NCBI GenBank assembly: GCA_024641335.1
Contig: JAHEDG010000005.1
Span: 27,779 to 91,778, forward strand
DNA length: 64,000 bases
Source: Candidatus Zixiibacteriota bacterium
GTDB lineage: Bacteria > Zixibacteria > MSB-5A5 > UBA10806
Reading direction: 5' to 3'
The translations under genes and the position numbers were made by a program. Under the pieces are notes generated by a model. It saw only the letters and a list, made by a program, of their open reading frames with translations, did not search any database and was not told where the DNA came from. This document shows positions 56,701-64,000 of the stretch, in pieces. Each line of letters opens with the position of its first letter. Position 1 is the first letter of the stretch.

Positions 56701-59004
56701 CTAACTCTTAAGGTTAACCAGTTCGTTCAGCATAGCGTCCGAGGTTGTGATAACCCGGGCGTTCGCCTGAAATCCGCGCTGGGATACGATCATATTGGTG
56801 AATTCCTGAGCTAAGTCCACATTGGATATTTCGAGAGCGCCCGACGAAATTGTCGATGATGTCGTCTCCCCCGGAATATTCATAATGGCCGCGCCGGTGT
56901 TGGCCGACTCCTGGTAAAGGTTATTGCCGGCCTTCAAAAGGCCGCCGTTGTTGTTGAATTCGGCGACATATATCTGCGCCAATACCCTCGATACGCCGTT
57001 GGTGAATATACCGGTAATCGTCCCGCGGGGATCGATGCTGATATTGGAAAGAATACCCATCCCGTAACCGTCCTGACTGCGAGCGGCAGCCGTGGAGCTG
57101 GATGCGAAACCGGTCAACCCGTCAAATCCCCCGGAAGTCCCGGCAAAGAGCTGGATACTCATATCCAGAGCCCCGTTGTCCGGATCGATATTCAATGAGG
57201 AAACTCCTCCATTATAATCGAAAGAACTTAACGAACCATCAGGATTGAAATTGGCCGTGCCAGTGCCGCCCGAACGGACTATTTCGCCTTGCGCAAGCGA
57301 AGCTTCCCAAAACCATTGGTTCGGCAGCCATGATTTGGTAAAGGTAATGGTCAGATTGTGTTTGCCGCCCTGCGAATCATAGGCCGCTATCGACGTGGAA
57401 TGCTGGGTTTCTTCGGTATCGATTACCAGCATCGATGAGGTCAGCGGACCTGTGCCGTCGGGATCTCCGATCAATCCGCCGTTACCGGCTGATATGGTGA
57501 CACCGCCACCGCCCAGTTCGCTGATACCCGTGACAATGCCCGTATTGGGATTGAAAACCAGGTCGAGAATCTCCGGGGCTAGCGACGGACGATTGGTAGG
57601 CGTAAATACATCGGTAGCTATCAGCGTAGACGCCGAACCGTTATTGACATTGAATAGGCCCGATCCGAAAACCTGGCCGGCTACGTCCGATGTGCCGGTA
57701 TCCTCGAAGACTACGTTATAGACCGAGGCGCTGCCGGCGTAATTCCTCTTGATATGAATCTCGCCGCTATCCAGCGACGCGGTGAGACCTTGCGCGTTGG
57801 AATTGATGGCTGATATTAACTCGTCTATTGTCGATGTCAGCGACAGCTGGGGCAGCGTTATCCAGGCTCCGCCATCGACTCTCATTCTGAATCCGTTGAC
57901 ATCGGTTACTCCCAGAGACGAAAGCTGATTTCCTCCGGAAAGAGATAATGTAGTGTTGATAGACGGAGGAGGAACACCGTCTCCGCTGATCAACCCGTCA
58001 TCAGTCCATAAAAGCGGACCGGGCGCGGCATAAGCCATTTCGCTCAAACGGCCCCCAAGAACACCTTCATACGTTCCGCCCGCCGTTCTGCGATAGACTC
58101 TTATCGAGGTGACATCGGGATCGGCATAATTGACCGTCAAATCGATCGAACCGCTAGCCGGTACTCCAACCACGTTGATCTCCTGACCAATCGATTCGCC
58201 CAACGAGTTGATCGCTATTACCGTATAGACATAGTCACCGGCCGGAAGAGTACCTGTCCCCGCGCCGCCAACCGCCGTACCTATATCGGCGACTACAACG
58301 TCATCCAGAACCATAGCATGAGACCCGGAAAGCTCCGAGAAACGGGCGTTATCACCCAGGATTGTTATATCATGCTGCCCGCCGGAACCGTTGGTGGCTC
58401 TACCCGATACCGATGTGATATTAGATGTTCCGGCCGAAACGAGCGATGCTGTCGAATCAGTAGCCGCGGCGTTTAGGTTCATTCCCAATTGGATCTCTGT
58501 TGTCATTCTGGCCGGGTCCTGCTGGCCGAATGGAAGAGTTACATTCCCAATTGCCGCGTTAGCCGGGATGGTTCCGTCGACATCAGCCATTTTACCCTGC
58601 AGAACAAGTCCAGTGGATGGGCTGACCATATTGGAATCGGCGTCAAAACCGAACGCTCCGGCTCTGGTGTAATATTCCTGCTGACCGTCGGAAACAACAA
58701 AGAACGCCGAACCCTGAATCGCCAGATCAGTCACCTGGCCGGTGGTCTCCAGACCTCCCTGCAAAAATAGGTTGTCTACGGTGGCCACACTCATACCCAG
58801 TCCCAATTGAAGCGGGTTGGTTCCGCCCGACGTGCTTGACGGACGTCCCGCGCCGCGCAATGTCTGCACCAACGCTTCCTGAAATGTGGTACGCCCGGAT
58901 TTATATCCGATTGTGTTGACGTTCGCGATATTATCGCCGACTACATTCATCCTGACCTGGTGATTCTTCAGGCCGCTGACGCCGGCGAAAAGTGATGCCA
59001 TCAT
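56701..59004 (-). CDS. flgE: flagellar hook protein FlgE (767 aa)
   Basis: The N-terminus MMASLFAGVSGLKNHQVRMNVVGDNIANVNTIGYK and the C-terminus ...NVDLAQEFTNMIVSQRGFQANARVITTSDAML are FlgE terminal domains. A large central insert is present. Confidence 0.9.
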   Translation of the reverse strand: MMASLFAGVSGLKNHQVRMNVVGDNIANVNTIGYKSGRTTFQEALVQTLRGAGRPSSTSGGTNPLQLGLGMSVATVDNLFLQGGLETTGQVTDLAIQGSAFFVVSDGQQEYYTRAGAFGFDADSNMVSPSTGLVLQGKMADVDGTIPANAAIGNVTLPFGQQDPARMTTEIQLGMNLNAAATDSTASLVSAGTSNITSVSGRATNGSGGQHDITILGDNARFSELSGSHAMVLDDVVVADIGTAVGGAGTGTLPAGDYVYTVIAINSLGESIGQEINVVGVPASGSIDLTVNYADPDVTSIRVYRRTAGGTYEGVLGGRLSEMAYAAPGPLLWTDDGLISGDGVPPPSINTTLSLSGGNQLSSLGVTDVNGFRMRVDGGAWITLPQLSLTSTIDELISAINSNAQGLTASLDSGEIHIKRNYAGSASVYNVVFEDTGTSDVAGQVFGSGLFNVNNGSASTLIATDVFTPTNRPSLAPEILDLVFNPNTGIVTGISELGGGGVTISAGNGGLIGDPDGTGPLTSSMLVIDTEETQHSTSIAAYDSQGGKHNLTITFTKSWLPNQWFWEASLAQGEIVRSGGTGTANFNPDGSLSSFDYNGGVSSLNIDPDNGALDMSIQLFAGTSGGFDGLTGFASSSTAAARSQDGYGMGILSNISIDPRGTITGIFTNGVSRVLAQIYVAEFNNNGGLLKAGNNLYQESANTGAAIMNIPGETTSSTISSGALEISNVDLAQEFTNMIVSQRGFQANARVITTSDAMLNELVNLKS

Positions 59005-59103
59005 ATTGAAATCCCTCCTGACCGCGGGCCTCTGGCCATCGCGGCAAACCGCGCCGATAAGACACGGGTAATGGCTCCCCCTGACGGGGTCCAGCCGTTG
59101 TTA

Positions 59104-59499
59104 TTAACCCAATACTGCGCTGTCAATTTTAGTGAATACTCCCTCTTTGATACCTTGAGTGTCGCAGGCAGTGATTACGGTTCTGTTCTTTACGGAAACT
59201 ACGAATGCTAATTCATCCAAAAGAACCAGCGATTCTTTCGAGCCTTTCTCCTGAGCGGCGTCTACCGCCTTTATCAACCGTATGGCTTTATCCTGCGTCA
59301 TCTCCACACCACGGTCGGCTAATCTTTCCGCCGCGTGCCCGGAAAACTTGATTCCACCCGGGCTGTCCAGAAAACGGTTTAGCTGGTTCTTGAATTCGAG
59401 CTTCGCCGATTTTTCAGCCTGCCCGGGCTTGCCGGCGTAATCCGCCGGCTTTATCTGACCGATGCCTGCGGCGTCGATCCCGTTACTTCTCATTATCAC
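59104..59499 (-). CDS. flagellar operon protein (TIGR02530-like) located between flgD and flgE
   Basis: 131 aa. The position and size match the conserved Firmicute-type gene between flgD and flgE; its function is unknown. Confidence 0.5.
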   Translation of the reverse strand: MIMRSNGIDAAGIGQIKPADYAGKPGQAEKSAKLEFKNQLNRFLDSPGGIKFSGHAAERLADRGVEMTQDKAIRLIKAVDAAQEKGSKESLVLLDELAFVVSVKNRTVITACDTQGIKEGVFTKIDSAVLG

Positions 59500-59539
59500 C
59501 TCCCCGTAAATTCGATTTTTCTGTTAATAACATATTGTT

Positions 59540-60265
59540 TTATGCTCCGCCTTCTTCTTCCGATTCATTCGAGTTTCCACCGCCGATATCGGCCATATTG
59601 ATCTGGATGATATCCGACATGGAAACACGTAAACCGCCTATCATCAGATAACCCTGGCCCCCTTCATACCTGACTGATTCGACAAGTCCGACTACTCGCG
59701 TTACCACATTGATATCGTCCCCCGCGCCGTTCCTGGCGCTGACTTCGAAGTAGTACTCCCCTTCGGCGACATTGCTTCCGTCCTCATTCCTGCCGTCCCA
59801 GCTTACCGAATTGTCTCCAGCCTCGAAATTCCGGGCGTTTATAGTCTTGATCAGCGCTCCATCGGAATTAAATACCTTTACTTCGACATCGGAAGCGGGC
59901 CCCCCGAGATCGAAATTCAAATCGCTGGATGATCCCGGCGTATGGTAGATTGTGTTGCCGTCAGCCACTACCTCTTTACCTATTATTGTGGTAGCCATAG
60001 TATTGGCGATTGTCTGACTCATCAGATAATCGAGCTCAGACGAATATCCCAATGACGTGTTGATACTGGATAGCTGTTCCAGCGACGAAAACTGCGCCAG
60101 CTGAGCGACAAAATCGCTGTCCTTCAACGGCTCCATGGGATCCTGGTAGCGCAGCTGGGTGACCAGGAGATTCAGAAAATCCTCTTTTCCCAAATTCGCG
60201 TTGCCTGTCTCGGATACGTTTTGATTCAAACCCGGTATATTGCCTATCGATGAAATGCTCGGCAT
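59540..60265 (-). CDS. flgD: flagellar hook capping protein FlgD
   Basis: 241 aa. LGKEDFLNLLVTQLRYQDPMEPLKDSDFVAQLAQFSSLEQL is the FlgD N-terminal signature; a C-terminal FLgD-ig/tudor-like region follows. Confidence 0.85.
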   Translation of the reverse strand: MPSISSIGNIPGLNQNVSETGNANLGKEDFLNLLVTQLRYQDPMEPLKDSDFVAQLAQFSSLEQLSSINTSLGYSSELDYLMSQTIANTMATTIIGKEVVADGNTIYHTPGSSSDLNFDLGGPASDVEVKVFNSDGALIKTINARNFEAGDNSVSWDGRNEDGSNVAEGEYYFEVSARNGAGDDINVVTRVVGLVESVRYEGGQGYLMIGGLRVSMSDIIQINMADIGGGNSNESEEEGGA

Positions 60266-60274
60266 AATATCCCC

Positions 60275-62035
60275 CTATGCTTTCATATCAATCCAGCCCC
60301 TGTGACTGGAATGTGTAGATCCTGATACGGCTTTTTGGTTCTTGCTGTCCATATTTTCCGGCTGATCGTTTTTCATTCGATCAGACCGCCGGCCCTGGTT
60401 CCATCTTCTGCCCTCGCCGAAAAAGTCGGGACGATGATGAGATCTCTGGCCGAGATCGGATAAATCGGCGTTCCTATCAATAATAATATTCAGATTTTCA
60501 ACCTTGAGCTTCTGATCCTCGAGCCCGGCTCGCAGCTTCGGCATTGACGAGGTCAAAATCTTTACCGCTTCGTCCTTTTCGACTTTGAATTCGGCGGAGA
60601 GAATTCCCTTCTTCCAGGTCATCTTGATTTCTAAATTGCCCAAATTCTCCGGATGAAGCTTCATCTTAACATGAGTCAATCCCCTGGCAATACCGGCCGT
60701 CATGCGGGCTTGAATCTCCTCAATATTTCGCTCGGCCTCGACTGGCGCGGCAGGCAATTCGAAGAATAGCTTCTCGGTCGACGCCCCTTTTACCGAATTC
60801 CCCATAACTATAGGTTCCGTTATCTGCCTAACAGCGGGCTCCCGCCCGAAAGATTCTGAAGCGCCGTTGGAACCGGAAGAGAAACCCGATAACCCGGAGG
60901 AATTATCCTGTTCCGAAGATCTAATTCTTCCGGTTCCGACGCTTTCGTTTTCGTTGAGCGCTTCTGATGACAGATCAGAAACTGTTATATCCTGCTTGAT
61001 ATTATATCCGTTGTTTCTCATATGATTGGGAAACTCGAAATTCATCGCTTTGCCCGATTCCATGGAACTTAACGTCCCGAACATAATCGGCGCTGGAATC
61101 GCCTTATCCCGGTTATTGCTGTCAGCCACGGTAAAATTTGTCTCGCCGTTCTTCAATTCCGGCCATGTTGACGGCAATTTTCCCGGCATATCGAATATTG
61201 CCATTTTTTGTCCGGGTATCATCAACTGGGAATTTGACCCGGGCTTATCAGCTGCTCTTGTCTTCCCAGCGGAAAAAACCAGCAGCCCCTCGATACCTTT
61301 GCCGTCTTTCATCCCCTCCGACTGAGATAATCTGCGAAGATCCATTTTGAAAGAGGGTTTGAAATCGCCTGCCGAATTCTCCAGGAGCCCGTCGAACCAG
61401 TCAGCGCTCTCACTTTCGGGTAAAATCGAGATCTCCAACTGAACCGGCTCCTGACGGTTCCTTATCAAATCCATCAGCTTGGAAAGATCGACTGTTTCAA
61501 CTCGTCCTTCCGAACCTGCTCCCTCCAACGATACCGGGATACTCTTTTCAACGAATGAAAACCGGTCGTCAATCAGGTCCGAAGGATTGAATTTCAGATT
61601 ATAGACTTCTTTATTCGATACGCTCTCAAATGAATATCCATCTTGACCAATCCCGAACAACGTACCCGGATTCTCCGAAATACCGCCTGCTGCCTCTTGA
61701 TTATAGCCTGCCAACGGATTCATCGCCTTCAAGCCTGGTGATAGATCTAAAAGGGACAGGGCTTCTTCACCCGATATCTCCAGGGTTATCTGGTTGTCGC
61801 ATTTGCTCAACAACAGCTTGACCGTATCCATATCCAGGGTTATCGGTTCCACCGATTCAAGTCCGTTGCTCTTCTTTTGCGGAGCGGCTGTATTGCCGAA
61901 AGAGTTCAGAATCGAATGAAAATCGAAAACGCCGGATGGCGATTCGGTTGATTTCCCCGCCGTCGGCTTTTGTCCCCGAGCCTCGTTAACCAGGAATCCG
62001 GCCAATTGATCGATGTTATTAAACAAAAATCCCAT
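60275..62035 (-). CDS. fliK: flagellar hook-length control protein FliK
   Basis: 586 aa, low complexity, with a C-terminal Flg_hook domain (MKLHPENLGNLEIKMTWKKGILSAEFKVEKDEAVKILTSSMPKLRAGLE). Confidence 0.7.
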   Translation of the reverse strand: MGFLFNNIDQLAGFLVNEARGQKPTAGKSTESPSGVFDFHSILNSFGNTAAPQKKSNGLESVEPITLDMDTVKLLLSKCDNQITLEISGEEALSLLDLSPGLKAMNPLAGYNQEAAGGISENPGTLFGIGQDGYSFESVSNKEVYNLKFNPSDLIDDRFSFVEKSIPVSLEGAGSEGRVETVDLSKLMDLIRNRQEPVQLEISILPESESADWFDGLLENSAGDFKPSFKMDLRRLSQSEGMKDGKGIEGLLVFSAGKTRAADKPGSNSQLMIPGQKMAIFDMPGKLPSTWPELKNGETNFTVADSNNRDKAIPAPIMFGTLSSMESGKAMNFEFPNHMRNNGYNIKQDITVSDLSSEALNENESVGTGRIRSSEQDNSSGLSGFSSGSNGASESFGREPAVRQITEPIVMGNSVKGASTEKLFFELPAAPVEAERNIEEIQARMTAGIARGLTHVKMKLHPENLGNLEIKMTWKKGILSAEFKVEKDEAVKILTSSMPKLRAGLEDQKLKVENLNIIIDRNADLSDLGQRSHHRPDFFGEGRRWNQGRRSDRMKNDQPENMDSKNQKAVSGSTHSSHRGWIDMKA

Positions 62036-62605
62036 CTATTTCTTTCCCAACAATTTGGATGAAATCCTGGCCGATCTGTCGGGAGGCAGCATCTCTAAAA
62101 TTCTGCTGGCCTGCTGGTTCTTCATTTTCGGTAAAATGGCGATCACCAGAGTATCATCCATATCATTGATTACACTCGCTAATTGGGTCGGATCCATATC
62201 GTTGTAGATTTTGGCCAGCTTGTAAAGCCTGTCGCTGCTCGATTTTTCCCAGGTTTCCATCATTTGAGCCAATTCCAGTTTCTGCTGGTCCAGTTCCGCT
62301 TTTTCAGTCCTGATATTGGCAAGTTCCTGTTTTAAGGAGTCTTCCTGTGCCGAATAAAGCCCTGTTATTTCGGCGTTTATCGAGTCGGCGGCGGCAATTG
62401 TCTTTTTGTATTCCTCCAATGGATTATATTCCAGTTCGCCGGTCATGAGCAAAGACACAGTATTGTGCGGCTCGAGACCTAACGCCATAGCGAACACCAG
62501 AGTGTAGGCAGCGAAGCCGATGATTGTCGTAATTAAAAACGCTACTGCTTTAAGCATAAATCGATATTCTCCCGCCTGTGATAAAGCAACACCCATGCCC
62601 GCCAT
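62036..62605 (-). CDS. membrane-anchored coiled-coil flagellar protein with an MgtE-N-like C-terminus (YlxF/MotE-like)
   Basis: 189 aa: a TM helix, a coiled-coil, then DMDPTQLASVINDMDDTLVIAILPKMKNQQASRILEMLPPDRSARI. Its position directly upstream of fliK matches Bacillus ylxF. Confidence 0.45.
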   Translation of the reverse strand: MAGMGVALSQAGEYRFMLKAVAFLITTIIGFAAYTLVFAMALGLEPHNTVSLLMTGELEYNPLEEYKKTIAAADSINAEITGLYSAQEDSLKQELANIRTEKAELDQQKLELAQMMETWEKSSSDRLYKLAKIYNDMDPTQLASVINDMDDTLVIAILPKMKNQQASRILEMLPPDRSARISSKLLGKK

Positions 62606-62884
62606 CTCAAGATACGAAATAAAATGATAATGCCTTGATTCACAGAAGTTTAAGAAGCCCGAAATAGTTCGCCTTCGATCACCGTTCCGCGGCTATCAGG
62701 CAATTTTTTCATTCGATATGGTATTTTTTTCCGCTTCAAAGCTTGATTTTTCGCTTTGTTAGGGCAATAATATGTTTATGTCCTTCTCGATTGATGTGCG
62801 ATAAATGCCATCCGGGGATAATTGGATTAAAAGGGAGCTTTCTGCAAATAAGGATTATCATTCCATAAACTCTAAGGAGATGTT

Positions 62885-64000
62885 ATGATCAGACTAATTC
62901 TCAGCAGCGTTCTTCTCTTTAATATCTCTATCTCATGGTCGCCTGTCAATGCGGCCACTATTGTATCCCCTCTTGATAAAATCATCGAAGAAAGCGGCCC
63001 GGACGACCTGATAGGGGTTATAGCGGTACTTGAGGATAAAGTCGATAACGTCCTACTAAACCAGCGCTTAAAAACCGATAAAGCTACTCTTGCGGAAAGA
63101 CATTACATTGTCGTTTCATCCCTGATGAACAAAGCGGTTCAAACCCAGGGACCGATCCTGGAGCTTCTCGACCAACTGGAATCGCAGGGCAAAATCGAGA
63201 GGATCAGGCCGTTCTGGATCTCCAATCTGATCGCCTTCAAGGGCACAAAAGAAGCCATATTATCGGTCGCCCGGCTGGAGCAGATCGAGAAGATATTATT
63301 CGATATGCCGGTTGAATCGGTCAAACCGATTATCTCTGATAAAACACTCCCGATGATTACAAGCAGATCGCAGGGATTGGATGTCATTAACGCCCCCCAG
63401 GTCTGGGCTATGGGATATACGGGCGCCGGACGAATTGTCTCTAATATCGATACCGGAGTCGACGGCGCCCATCCGGCTCTTTCCGCACGCTGGAGAGGCA
63501 ACAACGGCCACCCCCAGGCCGAATGCTGGTTCGATCCGATTGACGGGAATTCCACGCCCCATGATCACGGTCAGCACGGAACTCATACCATGGGTACCAT
63601 CTGCGGACGAAGCTCGACCACCTATGATACGATCGGTGTGGCTATTGAGGCCCAATGGATCGGATGCGCCTCCATCGATCCCGGCTCCACGTCCGATGTA
63701 ATCGCGTCGTTTCAGTTCATCGCTGATCCGGACGGCAATCCCAGTACCACCGACGATGTCCCCGACGCCGTCGGCAATTCCTGGGGCTGGTCACCTTTCT
63801 TCCACGGTGTACCTCATTGCGATAATACATTCTGGGCGGTTATGGACGGCTGCGAGAATGCCGGAGTAGCGGTAATCTTCTCCGCCGGAAACGAAGGCAG
63901 CTACGGCGCTAATTCGCTGCGGACTCCCGCCGACCGCGCTACCACATATTTCAACGCTTTTTCGGTCGGGGCCATAGACGGCCATAATCCGTCTTACCCT
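62885..64000 (+). CDS. secreted subtilisin-like S8 serine peptidase (3' partial)
   Basis: A signal peptide and an I9-like propeptide are followed by the catalytic Asp (NIDTGVDGAHPAL) and His (HDHGQHGTHTMGT) motifs. The ORF is open to the window end and absent from the ORF track. Confidence 0.85.
   Translation, partial: MIRLILSSVLLFNISISWSPVNAATIVSPLDKIIEESGPDDLIGVIAVLEDKVDNVLLNQRLKTDKATLAERHYIVVSSLMNKAVQTQGPILELLDQLESQGKIERIRPFWISNLIAFKGTKEAILSVARLEQIEKILFDMPVESVKPIISDKTLPMITSRSQGLDVINAPQVWAMGYTGAGRIVSNIDTGVDGAHPALSARWRGNNGHPQAECWFDPIDGNSTPHDHGQHGTHTMGTICGRSSTTYDTIGVAIEAQWIGCASIDPGSTSDVIASFQFIADPDGNPSTTDDVPDAVGNSWGWSPFFHGVPHCDNTFWAVMDGCENAGVAVIFSAGNEGSYGANSLRTPADRATTYFNAFSVGAIDGHNPSYP

Noticed and set aside
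1-64000. CRISPR arrays, IS elements, integrases, prophage or toxin-antitoxin content
   Set aside because: Reading the ORFs and intergenic regions showed no direct-repeat/spacer arrays, transposase or integrase-like ORFs, or terminal inverted repeats. The whole window reads as core chromosome.

Overview
The window is a chromosomal segment with essentially every gene on the minus strand.

The left ~12.5 kb is a housekeeping block: a partial MerR-family regulator at the window edge, xseA, folD, a YmdB-like phosphoesterase, rny, zapA, a ZapB-like gene, pheT, pheS, rplT, rpmI, infC, thrS and tRNA-Val. infC appears to start on a non-AUG codon.

From ~12.6 kb to 62.6 kb there is one very large flagellar locus in a Firmicute-like gene order that also encodes L- and P-ring genes (flgH, flgI, flgA), which suggests a diderm organism.
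- flgM plus an HDOD protein, then fliS and fliD.
- A 744-aa flagellin (fliC).
- An ~8 kb putative flagellin-glycosylation island: two TPR-glycosyltransferases, an epimerase/dehydratase, a DegT aminotransferase, a hexapeptide acetyltransferase and a TPR protein.
- fliW, flgL, csrA and flgK, then flgN, flgJ (SLT-fused), flgI, flgH, flgA, flgG and flgF.
- An unusual ~8 kb signalling module: four stand-alone receiver proteins, a GAF histidine kinase, a His-less and catalytic-domain-less GAF-DHp paralog, a receiver with Asn at the phospho-acceptor position, a YcgR-like PilZ protein, and several hypothetical proteins.
- fliA, an flhG with a degenerate Walker A motif, flhF, flhA, flhB, fliR, fliQ, fliP, fliO, fliN, fliM, fliL, a 767-aa flgE, a TIGR02530-like gene, flgD, fliK and a YlxF-like gene.

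The right edge holds a divergently oriented, 3'-truncated S8 subtilisin-like peptidase on the plus strand.

Sigma-28-type promoters can be read upstream of flgM, fliD and fliC. The fliC leader carries GGA motifs consistent with FliW-CsrA control. No mobile elements, CRISPR arrays or obvious prophage content were seen. Every assignment comes from reading the translated ORFs and motifs by eye; no database search was run.
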